DNA of 64,000 nt, taken from positions 104,770-168,769 of the forward strand of contig DHAP01000051.1 of NCBI GenBank assembly GCA_002397465.1, written 5' to 3'. Position numbers and translations under genes: made by a program. Source of the DNA: Bacillales bacterium UBA4951. Lineage in GTDB: Bacteria > Bacillota_I > Bacilli_A > RFN20 > CAG-826. Each line of letters begins with the position of its first letter. Within the stretch, counting starts at the first letter, position 1. Under the pieces are notes generated by a model. That model was given only the letters and a program-made list of their open reading frames with translations, ran no database searches and was not told where the DNA came from. Positions 18,185 to 26,637 of the stretch are shown here, one piece after another.

Positions 18185-18212
18185 CGTTAACATAATGGAC
18201 ATTATTCGCAGT
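18185..18212 (-). other. dif-like XerC/XerD recombination site
   Basis: The - strand reads ACTGCGAATAA-TGTCCA-TTATGTTAACG. That is 21/28 identical to E. coli dif (GGTGCGCATAA-TGTATA-TTATGTTAAAT) and 19/28 to B. subtilis dif as I recall it. The XerD arm matches 9/11 in both. It sits at the gene-orientation switch. Confidence 0.65.
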
Positions 18213-18483
18213 CATGTAAAATATAAGAATAAGGGTCCTCCAAATACCGTTTCTTCTTCAAACTACTAACCACTTATGGCGCCTTGCTTCCCTTCGTTAC
18301 TCCTGATTTTCACGTTTTCACGATCTCGAATTTTCTTCCACCGCCCCATTAACTCGCCCTTTATCATGCCTGTTTTCTTCTTGTGCTGCATTCTCTTCTT
18401 CTCACTCTATACTCCTCTCGAAATTGAAGAATGGCATTAATTTCTTTCCTTTACAATATCAATAAACCACTTCTACATTTCAT

Positions 18484-18515
18484 AATAAAAAGCGGCGTTG
18501 TCCTAACACGCCGCT
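18484..18515 (-). terminator. Rho-independent terminator of the yqeG-rsfS operon
   Basis: AGCGGCGT-9-ACGCCGCT, with TTTTTAT following on the - strand, 19 nt after the rsfS stop. Confidence 0.8.
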
Positions 18516-18533
18516 ATTCTTTGACTGCAATAT

Positions 18534-18866
18534 TTAGTGTTTTTTCGCTTCGGCTAGAAGTTTCTCTAACGATATTTCAGCACGCTTTTCTTTAGTGAAT
18601 ATATGGACAACTACAGATCCTTCATCGACTATTACCCATCCGGATTCTGGTTTTCCTTCAATTTGCCTGATATCAATTTTGTTTTTGGCGAACGCTTGAT
18701 CCAAATCGTCGGCAAAAGCTCCTAAGGCTCTTTCGTTTGGGGCGGTCGCTATGACGTAATAGTCACTGAATGGCGTATTTTCCTTAACATCCACCACTTC
18801 GACTTCTTCGGCTTTTCTGTCTTCGAGTTCCTTAACGGCTATCTTGACTGCTTTTGGATAATTCAT
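18534..18866 (-). CDS. rsfS: Ribosomal silencing factor RsfS
   Basis: RsfS-like sequence (AVKELEDRKAEEVEVVDVKENTPFSDYYVIATA). I prefer the ATG at 18866, which has an ATGA overlap with the upstream stop and a GGAGAG SD, over the ORF-track start at 18899. Confidence 0.85.
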   Translation of the reverse strand: MNYPKAVKIAVKELEDRKAEEVEVVDVKENTPFSDYYVIATAPNERALGAFADDLDQAFAKNKIDIRQIEGKPESGWVIVDEGSVVVHIFTKEKRAEISLEKLLAEAKKH

Positions 18867-19969
18867 TTCTTTTTCTCTCCTAGATATAGACGTCGGCATT
18901 CTTCTGAAAGCGGATTGTCTTCTGTCATGCCGGCTTTCTTAAGGTATTTCGTGTTCTCCTTTAGAACATAGATGAAACCAATGTAATAGTTTTTTAAGCA
19001 CCTGGCTATCATTTTCGACGAATCATAGCCTCTGGATGGCTCGATCTTGTCGCTTTCGTAGATGATTTTCGTCAATGGAGGCATATGGGCTTTGCCAGTG
19101 CAATGGTACTTGATTGCATCCAATATGTCTTCTTCCTGAACTCCAAATTCCTTTTTAGCGAGGTAGCATCCAGTGAATTGATGAAAACACCAATCAGGAT
19201 AACCTGTGTATTCGGAGAAGTTCTCCTCCATTATCTTTTTGGTGGATGCGGCATCTAGGTGCTTTCCTAAATCATGGAGCAATCCGGCGATATAGGCGTG
19301 TTCCGGATTAAGGATATCGTTTCGTTTGGCAATCGCGTAAGCCAGATGAGCGACGCTGAGACTATGAACCAGGCGTTTTCCGCTCACAAACTTCGTGAGC
19401 TTCTCCATATAGTAAAGGCGATGGCTTTCAATATAGTCGAGGACTTTGGATGGGACATCGATGCTTTTAAGCTCTCTGACGGATGTCGAGGAAACGCTTC
19501 CTGATCCCCCATAGTTCAAGGGAATCATGTGAAAGCGGTCGGCTATGGCTTTGTCGATTTTGACATCTGGTCGCTCGACATAAACGACTTGGGCGCAGGA
19601 AGCTATCTCGGCTGGGTTTTGCCATTTGTCAAATTGGTTGGCCTGATCGGCCCCAATGAGCAAATACAGTTGATGATTCGGGTATTTGTCCTGGAAATGA
19701 TGGATGGTGTCTATCGAATAGTTCACTTCTGAATCGGAATTGATTTCAAAAAGATCGATTGAGAAATCAGCGCTGCCATTCTCTTCTAAGGCAAGCTTAA
19801 GCATTGCCAAACGGTCATCAGGGCTGGCGGAAGGCTCCTTCCACCTCGGGGATTTGGCCGGAACGAAAACGACCTCCGCGTTCAGCCTTAGGGACGCAGC
19901 CCTGGCTAGACGGAGATGTCCGTTGTGGACCGGGTCAAATGAGCCGCCGTAGATGACAATCTTTTCCAT
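18863..19969 (-). CDS. nadD: Fusion protein: nicotinate-nucleotide adenylyltransferase NadD + HD-domain YqeK
   Basis: N-terminus has GGSFDPVHNGHL (the nucleotidyltransferase HxGH motif). C-terminus has LVHSLSVAHL...GLLHDLGK (the YqeK-type HD domain). It is one uninterrupted 368-aa ORF. Confidence 0.85.
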   Translation of the reverse strand: MEKIVIYGGSFDPVHNGHLRLARAASLRLNAEVVFVPAKSPRWKEPSASPDDRLAMLKLALEENGSADFSIDLFEINSDSEVNYSIDTIHHFQDKYPNHQLYLLIGADQANQFDKWQNPAEIASCAQVVYVERPDVKIDKAIADRFHMIPLNYGGSGSVSSTSVRELKSIDVPSKVLDYIESHRLYYMEKLTKFVSGKRLVHSLSVAHLAYAIAKRNDILNPEHAYIAGLLHDLGKHLDAASTKKIMEENFSEYTGYPDWCFHQFTGCYLAKKEFGVQEEDILDAIKYHCTGKAHMPPLTKIIYESDKIEPSRGYDSSKMIARCLKNYYIGFIYVLKENTKYLKKAGMTEDNPLSEECRRLYLGEKKK

Positions 19970-19970
19970 A

Positions 19971-20261
19971 TCAATACAAAACTATGGAGGGGTTCTTTTC
20001 CCTTGCCTTGTAAATGACGATGATGTGGCCGATGATCTGAACTAATTCACTCTTGGTTTTCTTGGTGATGTCATCGGACAATTCTTTGATGTCCTCATTC
20101 GAGTTGGCCAAGACTTTCACCTTGATGAGCTCATGGGCTTTAAGGGCGTTGCTGACGCTTTGGACGAGAGTCTCATCGACTTCGCCCTTCCCGATGTTCA
20201 CGGATGGCTCAAGATTATTGGCCAGTCCTTTTAATAATGCTTTGTTTTTTGGTGTTAACAT
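19971..20261 (-). CDS. yhbY: RNA-binding protein YhbY (CRM domain)
   Basis: 96 aa. LKGLANNLEPSVNIGKGEVDETLVQSV...HELIKVKV is typical of YhbY/YqeI. It occupies the operon position between yqeH and nadD. Confidence 0.8.
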   Translation of the reverse strand: MLTPKNKALLKGLANNLEPSVNIGKGEVDETLVQSVSNALKAHELIKVKVLANSNEDIKELSDDITKKTKSELVQIIGHIIVIYKAREKNPSIVLY

Positions 20262-21418
20262 TTTATTTTCACTTTCGCCCTTGAGGCATAGGCTCCGATT
20301 CCTTTCGGAACGTATATTCTAAACGTTTGTTTGTCGCCTTGGAAATTAATCCATCCGAGTCCGGCGATGCCGATGTCCCTGCTTCCTTCTTCCTCAACAG
20401 CGATATCAAAGACGTCGAAGTCCGTCAACTTTGAGGCGATGATGTTCGAACTTGGGCTCAGAGCGCCGCTTTCAAGGCACTTGACGAAATATTCGTCCAT
20501 GTCTTTTCTCTCCCCGACTTTCTTAAGGGAGACGTCCGATGAGAAGAAACAGTTGATTTGGCAATGCTTCTTTTCCTCATAGCCTATGAGATCTATTCTC
20601 GCTAGGCCTCCGATGAAGATTGAATCGTCTTTGTGAAGAATGATCTTTCTCAGACGAATCGGCTCGGATGGGAATATCTGCTTTTGCAAGGTGAAGTCGG
20701 CTTTTCCCATGAAGGAATTGTCGATTCCGGTCCCTGGGGTGTCATAGATCATCGACGAGGAGTCCAATGGTATCTGCATGGTGCGAAGATTGGTTCCCGG
20801 ATAATTGCCTGTGACGATGCTTCTAAGGGAGTTATTCGTGAAACCATGCAAGAAACTCGAAAGGAAGAATGACTTTCCGCTTCCGGAGGCTCCGATGATG
20901 TAGACGTCATGCCTTCTTCGTTTTTCCTCTAGTAGTTTGTAGATGTCTTTCATGTCGCTGACTGAATGGAGCGACATCAAGACGACATCATCTTTGACTA
21001 CTTTTAATCCAGCCACACGGCAACGATGCGCCACATATTCTTTTAGATCATCGTCATTGGCTTCTTCTGGCATCAAATCGCGCTTATTGGCGATGACCAT
21101 GATGGGAAGGCGCTGAATGAGACTTGTGAGTTTGGAGTTGAATGAGCATTCGAAGGAAAAGAGGTCAAGGAGATAGACGATCGTGGCCTCGGTGGCTTGG
21201 GCGTCTAAAAGCATCGTGAGGAAATCGTTGGAGACCGAAGCCTCTTGCGGAGCGATGTTGTAACGGGCCTCGTTGTAGCATTTCTCGCAGAAGAGTATCT
21301 CGTTCAGCGGCGCTTCAGAAAGAATCTCCTGGCTGATGTAGCCTTCTTTGCCCTTCTTCTTGTCTTGAAGAACGGCGCCACAGTTGTAGCAGCGTCTCAC
21401 GACGTTCATCTTGCTCAT
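20255..21418 (-). CDS. yqeH: Ribosome-biogenesis GTPase YqeH (circularly permuted)
   Basis: N-terminal CxxC...CxxC zinc knuckle. G4 (NKRDL) precedes G1 (GASGSGKS). The ATG at 21418 has a GGGAGG SD and an ATGA overlap with the yqeG stop. Confidence 0.85.
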   Translation of the reverse strand: MSKMNVVRRCYNCGAVLQDKKKGKEGYISQEILSEAPLNEILFCEKCYNEARYNIAPQEASVSNDFLTMLLDAQATEATIVYLLDLFSFECSFNSKLTSLIQRLPIMVIANKRDLMPEEANDDDLKEYVAHRCRVAGLKVVKDDVVLMSLHSVSDMKDIYKLLEEKRRRHDVYIIGASGSGKSFFLSSFLHGFTNNSLRSIVTGNYPGTNLRTMQIPLDSSSMIYDTPGTGIDNSFMGKADFTLQKQIFPSEPIRLRKIILHKDDSIFIGGLARIDLIGYEEKKHCQINCFFSSDVSLKKVGERKDMDEYFVKCLESGALSPSSNIIASKLTDFDVFDIAVEEEGSRDIGIAGLGWINFQGDKQTFRIYVPKGIGAYASRAKVKIKC

Positions 21419-21939
21419 AAGATTTCCTCCCATGGCTTGGCAAGCCCCTTTTCGACGATCTCGCGGCGTTTTCTTTTCTCAAACATCCGATTGAACGAAG
21501 TGTAAGGCGGATCGACCTCGCTGACTGGCTTGGTCAGGATCACTCTGATGCCGGCTCCGTTTCCAGAGATGACATCGGTCATTATCTGATCGCCGACCAT
21601 CAGCGTCTCGCTGATTGGAAAGCCCTCTTTTTTGATGAGCTTTTTCAGTTTGAATGAGAAAGGCTTCAATAATCCCGATAAGGCTTCTACGCCGAGTTCT
21701 TTGGCGTAGCGGCGCACTCTTTTCGAGGTGTTGTTGGAGGCTATGTAGAACTTGATGCCCCTTTCCTTCAACGATTTCACGTAAGCGATCGTCCGTGAAG
21801 AAGGGTCTGGCGTCTTGTAGGAATCAAGGGTGTTATCAAGGTCGCAAAGCAGATACTTGACCCCGATTCGCACAAAGAAGTCCGGACTGATAGAGAAGAT
21901 GTTCTCGGCCAAAGCGAAGGGGACATATCTCTTATTCAT
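21415..21939 (-). CDS. yqeG: HAD-IIIA family phosphatase YqeG
   Basis: 174 aa. LLCDLDNTL (the HAD motif I) and VGDQIMTDV. First gene of the yqeG-yqeH operon. Confidence 0.8.
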   Translation of the reverse strand: MNKRYVPFALAENIFSISPDFFVRIGVKYLLCDLDNTLDSYKTPDPSSRTIAYVKSLKERGIKFYIASNNTSKRVRRYAKELGVEALSGLLKPFSFKLKKLIKKEGFPISETLMVGDQIMTDVISGNGAGIRVILTKPVSEVDPPYTSFNRMFEKRKRREIVEKGLAKPWEEIL

Positions 21940-21974
21940 AATAATAGTCTACGATACCCGTGACAAACAGGCAC

Positions 21975-24578
21975 TCACTTTTTCTCATCTGAGGGGTCAA
22001 CGTCAAAGAGCGAGATCTGTTCAAAGGAATTTTCCTTTTCAGCTTCTTCTTGCTCTTTCGGCTCTTCTTTTACAGGCGGAGCGAAAGACGGGGTCGAGGA
22101 GTTGATGAGCAAAGTGTCTTCTTCGCTCACTTCCGCGATTCTCGCTTTGAAAGGGAAAGACTCAGGACGTTTGACGTATTTCTCCATCGGAGTCAGATAG
22201 AAATCCTGGAAAGTGACATCGATTCTGCTGGCGTCCTCAAGCACGGCATCATAGCTGAACGGGGCGGCCTTGTCGCCGATCTTCCCGACGTAAACGAGCC
22301 TATGCGGTTCCTTCTGAAACATGTTGAAGATGACCGTGGCCTTTGAAAGCCTTTGGCTTCTCTCGATATGCGATGTGTCAAAGACTCTGGTGGCTCCACG
22401 GTTGGTGATAAGGGCGATCTTGCTCTTCTCATCGGGCAAGAAACTAAGCAAGCCAGCGCATTCGCTGCCTTTGAAGCTGGCGGCTTTGATGCCTCCGGTC
22501 TTCGGATTGGTGACGATGATCTCATTCTCGTTATAGAAGACGGCCTTGCCATCGACGGAAGCGAGGAAGAGATCGCTGTTGCCGCTTGTCTCGGCGATGG
22601 AGACCAACTCATCGTCATTGACGAGTTTGAGGGCGCAGATCGGTTTGCTTCTTCTCACGACGGGGAAACTGGAGAGATTGATACGCTTGATAAGACCTTT
22701 TTTGCTCAAAAGGGCGACGTAGAGGTCATTTCTGAAATTCGAGACCACAAAGCCACCGATGAGTTTTTCCTCAGGGGCAATCGCAACCAAGAGGTTGGCG
22801 TGGAAGCCTTCGTCGTTCCACTTCGTCTCTTTGACTTCGTTGACGGGTATATAGAGATAATTCCCGCGATTTGTGAACAAAAGAAGGAAATCGGTCGTCG
22901 AGCAAAGGACATTGAAAACGAATGCGTCCCCTGATTTGATACCAGGTTTGGCCCCGTTTTGTCCACCAGAGCCTTTCCAGCTCTTGACGCTCGAACGTTT
23001 GATGTATCCGTCTCTCGTCCCAACCACATAAACGTCTTCTTGGGCGATGAGGGCGCGCTTATCGATTTGAGTGTTGGCTTGGGCTTCCTCGGCCGGTCGA
23101 ATCTCGGTGAGACGCTTCCCAGAATACTGTTTGGCTATGGCGTTGAGGTCAGCGATGATGAGGTCTTCCCTCAGTGACTGTTCTTTCAAGAGCCCTTCAA
23201 GGATCTTTATTTCAGCCTCCAAGGCTTCTTTTTCTTTTTCCAAGATCGTGACATCGGTATGTGAAAGCTTATAAAGAGGCATCATGACGATGGCCTCAGA
23301 CTGTTCTGGGGTAAAGCCGTATTTGCTCTGAAGGTTGATTTTGGAATCAGCCTTGTCTTTTGAGGCTTTGATGACCTGAATGACTTCGTCAAGGATCGAC
23401 TGGGCTTTGATCAAGCCAGTGACGATCGAAAGACGGGCTTTGTCTTTGGAAAAGCGATAATTGCTTCTTCTTGTGATGACATCGAGCTGATGCTGGATGT
23501 AGCAATCGCAATAAGTGATAAGGTCCATCGAACGAGGATGCCCATCGACGATGGCCATCATGTTCGCGGTGTAATTGGTCTGAAGCGGGGTCTTGCTCAT
23601 CAAATAAGCCAAGATAGCTTCCGGCTTCGCATCGTCTTTGAGGTCTATTGCGATCCTCAGTCCGTCTCTATCGGTTTCATCCCTGACCTCGTCGATGCCG
23701 GGAATCGTCTTGTCATGCCTAATTTTGTCGATTGATTTTACGAGTTCGGATTTGTTGACCTGGTAAGGGATCTCGCGAACGATTATCTGGGTGGTGCCAT
23801 CTTCGTTGACGCTGATTTCGGTCCGGCTGGCGACGGTTACGCGGCCATGTCCTGTCCTATAGATGTCCTTAAGTCCTTCCGACTCATAGATGATGCCGCC
23901 AGTCGGGAAATCCGGGCCTGGGACGTAACGAATGAGATCATCGACGTCGCAAGAAGGATGTTTGATCCTGTAAGTGATGGCTTGGGTTATCTCTTTGAGG
24001 TTATGAGGCGGGATCGAGGTCGCGATGCCGACGGCGATTCCTTCGCTGCCATTGCATAAAAGATTCGGGAAACGGGCTGGCAGAACCTCAGGCTCTTTCA
24101 ACGTGTCATCGAAAGTGAGGTTCATTTTGACCGTGTCTTCATCGATGTCACGCAAAAGCTCGTTTGACAAAGAAGAGAGTCTGGCTTCGGTGTAACGATA
24201 GGCGGCTGGGCCGTCTCCGTCGATTGATCCGTTGTTGCCCTGGAAGTCGATCAATGGGTATCTATACGCCCAGTTTTGGGACATATGGACAAGAGCTAAG
24301 TAAATCGAAGAGTCGCCGTGTGGGTGGTATTTGCCCATGACGTCGCCGACGATGTGGGCGCATTTCTTGGTTGGCTTGTCGATGGTGTTTCCGGTATTCC
24401 ACATATCGAAAAGAATGCGGCGTTGAACCGGCTTGAGCCCATCTCTGGCATCAGGGATGGCGCGGTCTTGGATGACGTCTCTTGCGTATGAGGCATATTT
24501 GTCGCCCATGATCGTATCGAGGGTGTCGATCTCGATGTTCTCTTTGATTGGGGTTATGTTCTTTTCTTTCTTCGCCAT
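21975..24578 (-). CDS. parC: DNA topoisomerase IV subunit A (type IIA, GyrA/ParC family)
   Basis: 867 aa. Active-site region (AAYRYTEARL) and beta-pinwheel C-terminal domain. Called ParC rather than GyrA because of the plsY-parE-parC arrangement typical of Bacillota. Confidence 0.8.
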   Translation of the reverse strand: MAKKEKNITPIKENIEIDTLDTIMGDKYASYARDVIQDRAIPDARDGLKPVQRRILFDMWNTGNTIDKPTKKCAHIVGDVMGKYHPHGDSSIYLALVHMSQNWAYRYPLIDFQGNNGSIDGDGPAAYRYTEARLSSLSNELLRDIDEDTVKMNLTFDDTLKEPEVLPARFPNLLCNGSEGIAVGIATSIPPHNLKEITQAITYRIKHPSCDVDDLIRYVPGPDFPTGGIIYESEGLKDIYRTGHGRVTVASRTEISVNEDGTTQIIVREIPYQVNKSELVKSIDKIRHDKTIPGIDEVRDETDRDGLRIAIDLKDDAKPEAILAYLMSKTPLQTNYTANMMAIVDGHPRSMDLITYCDCYIQHQLDVITRRSNYRFSKDKARLSIVTGLIKAQSILDEVIQVIKASKDKADSKINLQSKYGFTPEQSEAIVMMPLYKLSHTDVTILEKEKEALEAEIKILEGLLKEQSLREDLIIADLNAIAKQYSGKRLTEIRPAEEAQANTQIDKRALIAQEDVYVVGTRDGYIKRSSVKSWKGSGGQNGAKPGIKSGDAFVFNVLCSTTDFLLLFTNRGNYLYIPVNEVKETKWNDEGFHANLLVAIAPEEKLIGGFVVSNFRNDLYVALLSKKGLIKRINLSSFPVVRRSKPICALKLVNDDELVSIAETSGNSDLFLASVDGKAVFYNENEIIVTNPKTGGIKAASFKGSECAGLLSFLPDEKSKIALITNRGATRVFDTSHIERSQRLSKATVIFNMFQKEPHRLVYVGKIGDKAAPFSYDAVLEDASRIDVTFQDFYLTPMEKYVKRPESFPFKARIAEVSEEDTLLINSSTPSFAPPVKEEPKEQEEAEKENSFEQISLFDVDPSDEKK

Positions 24579-24580
24579 CG

Positions 24581-26530
24581 TTATTTGTCCTTAAGCTGAT
24601 CTTCAAAGGTGTCGACCAAGTCGAAATCGACGTTCTCTTGGATCCAGTTCCATCTTTGGGATGAGTCTTTGCCCATCAAGACGCTGATACGCTTCTCCAC
24701 CACCAACGGGTCGTCAATTTTCACGCGAAGGAGGACACGGCTCTTTTTGTTCATGGTCGTGGCCGCCAATTGATCGGCGTTCATTTCGCCAAGTCCTTTA
24801 TAACGGTTGATGCCGTACCCGGGCCCGATTTTCTCTTTGGCGGGGTTGAGGTCTTCTTCCCTCCAGCAATAGACATGCTGTTTGGGGTCGCTCTTACGAT
24901 AAACCCTATATAAAGGCGGCTGAGCGATGTAGACCATGCCTTTGTCGATCAAAGGCTTCATGTAGTTATAAAAGAAAGTCAGCAAAAGAGTCTGAATGTG
25001 TGAGCCATCGGTATCAGCATCGGTCATGATGATGATCTTGCCATAATGGCTTTCCTCGACGTCGAAGTCCTGTCCGACCCCGGCTCCGATTGTTTGGATG
25101 AGCGTGCTCATCTCAAGGTTCTCAATCATGCGCTGCATGCTGACGGTATCGGTGTTCAAAGGCTTGCCACGAAGCGGCAAAATAGCCTGATGGAGTCTGT
25201 CTCTGCCAGTCTTGGCAGAACCACCGGCGGAATCGCCCTCGACGATGAAGAGCTCGTTTTCTTTGTAGTCCTTGCTTTGGGCGGCGGCCAATTTGTCGGA
25301 AATCATCAAGTCGACTTTCTTGGTCTTGTTGCCCCTGGCCGCCTCTTTGGCTTTTCTGGCGGCTTCACGCGCGTCTTTGGAAGCTTGGCATTTATGGATG
25401 ATGTCCAAAGCAAAGTCTTTGTGCTCGTTTAGATAATATGAGAGATAAGAATCGAGGATGTTTCCGACAACCGGGCCGGCTTCAGGGCTTCCGAGCTTTC
25501 CTTTGGTCTGGCCTTCGTATTCAAGTTTGTCTTCAGGGATCTTCACGGAAATGATGGCAGTCAGGCCTTCACGGATGTCGGCGCCGTCTATCGACTGATT
25601 CGGTTTGATGACTTCATTGAGCAGCGCCCAGTTGTTAAGGCATTTGGTCAAGGCGCCTTTAAAACCGACCTCGTGGGTGCCGCCATCAGCGGTCCTCACG
25701 TCGTTGGCGTAGCTATAGATGTTTTCGTTGTAGTCGCTATTGCACCAGGCCATGGCGATTTCGACTTGGATAGAGTTAAGCTTGTCGCTGAAATCGATGA
25801 TCTCGCCGATCGGAGTCTTGTTTTGAATCATGCTGGCCACGTATTCGCGAAGGCCATGCTCAGTGTAGAACTCATGGGAGTTCCCGGTGTTTTCGTCTTT
25901 CAGGATGAAATGGACGCCGGTGAGAAGATAGCTCTTCTCTTCCAGGCGGTTATAAATGGTGTCCCAAGAGAATTTGACGTTGGGGAAAATCTTCGGATCG
26001 GGTTTGAAACGAACAGTGGTTCCGTGCTTTTTGGTGTTTCCCAAAACGGTAAGCGGAGTTTCAAGCGCCCCACCGTTATGGAACTTTATTTCATAGGCCT
26101 TGCCTTCACGGTAAACAGTGACGGAAAGGCTCTCCGACAAAGCATTGGTTACCGTGGCGCCGACGCCATGAAGACCAGCTGAGGTCTGATATATCTTGCT
26201 GTTGAACTTTCCGCCTGAATGCAAGGTGGTGTAAATGAGCTGGACTGCTGGGACTTTGAGCTTTGGATGGATGTCGACAGGAACGCCACGCCCCTCATCT
26301 TCGACCTGAATAGATCCGTCTTTGAACATCGTGACGGTGATTTTGTCTCCGAATCCGTTGACGGCTTCGTCGACCGCGTTATCGACTATTTCCCAAACCA
26401 AATGGTGAAGGCCAGTAAGGTTTGTGCTGCCGATGTACATGCCAGGGCGTTTTCTGACGCCTTCGAGTTCGCTTAAAACCTCGATGTCTTTGGCTGTGTA
26501 GTTCTCTTCTGCTTGCTCAATGTCTATCAT
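24581..26530 (-). CDS. parE: DNA topoisomerase IV subunit B (GyrB/ParE family)
   Basis: 649 aa. GHKL ATPase (GLHHLVWEIVDNAVDE), TOPRIM (EGDSAGGSA...PLRGK). Divergent from plsY. Confidence 0.85.
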   Translation of the reverse strand: MIDIEQAEENYTAKDIEVLSELEGVRKRPGMYIGSTNLTGLHHLVWEIVDNAVDEAVNGFGDKITVTMFKDGSIQVEDEGRGVPVDIHPKLKVPAVQLIYTTLHSGGKFNSKIYQTSAGLHGVGATVTNALSESLSVTVYREGKAYEIKFHNGGALETPLTVLGNTKKHGTTVRFKPDPKIFPNVKFSWDTIYNRLEEKSYLLTGVHFILKDENTGNSHEFYTEHGLREYVASMIQNKTPIGEIIDFSDKLNSIQVEIAMAWCNSDYNENIYSYANDVRTADGGTHEVGFKGALTKCLNNWALLNEVIKPNQSIDGADIREGLTAIISVKIPEDKLEYEGQTKGKLGSPEAGPVVGNILDSYLSYYLNEHKDFALDIIHKCQASKDAREAARKAKEAARGNKTKKVDLMISDKLAAAQSKDYKENELFIVEGDSAGGSAKTGRDRLHQAILPLRGKPLNTDTVSMQRMIENLEMSTLIQTIGAGVGQDFDVEESHYGKIIIMTDADTDGSHIQTLLLTFFYNYMKPLIDKGMVYIAQPPLYRVYRKSDPKQHVYCWREEDLNPAKEKIGPGYGINRYKGLGEMNADQLAATTMNKKSRVLLRVKIDDPLVVEKRISVLMGKDSSQRWNWIQENVDFDLVDTFEDQLKDK

Positions 26531-26562
26531 GATTTGTTGGGGTTGGTTCTATTCGGTTTGTA

Positions 26563-26571
26563 ATTATAACA
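26563..26571 (-). promoter_or_regulatory. Extended -10 element (TGTTATAAT) of a probable parE-parC promoter
   Basis: Read on the - strand, 32 nt upstream of the parE ATG. It lies inside the inverted repeat GTTTGT-N7-ACAAAC (26556-26574). No SD in the leader. Confidence 0.45.
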
Positions 26572-26594
26572 AACTTGGATTGAAAAACGTAGCG

Positions 26595-26611
26595 CTATTA
26601 TACGATAATAG
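26595..26611. repeat. Inverted repeat CTATTAT-ACG-ATAATAG in the parE/plsY divergent region
   Basis: 7-bp perfect arms. It overlaps a GATAAT that has a TTGAAA 18 nt upstream, a plausible plsY promoter. Candidate operator. Confidence 0.4.
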
Positions 26612-26637
26612 AAGCCTGAAATCGAAGGAATATCTCC

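Noticed and set aside
18266-18440. Small ORFs in the noncoding gap. They are a 54-aa hydrophobic ORF (+, 18276-18440, MAPCFPSLLLIFTF...), a 41-aa basic ORF (-, 18266-18391) and a 38-aa ORF (+, 18153-18269, MSLISINILLFVNIMDII...), considered as possible type I toxins or small proteins.
   Set aside because: None has an SD or a convincing promoter. The hydrophobicity of the + strand ORFs is what translating a T/C-rich tract produces, and the basic character of the - strand ORF follows from the purine richness. They are kept only as a remote possibility, testable by ribosome profiling.
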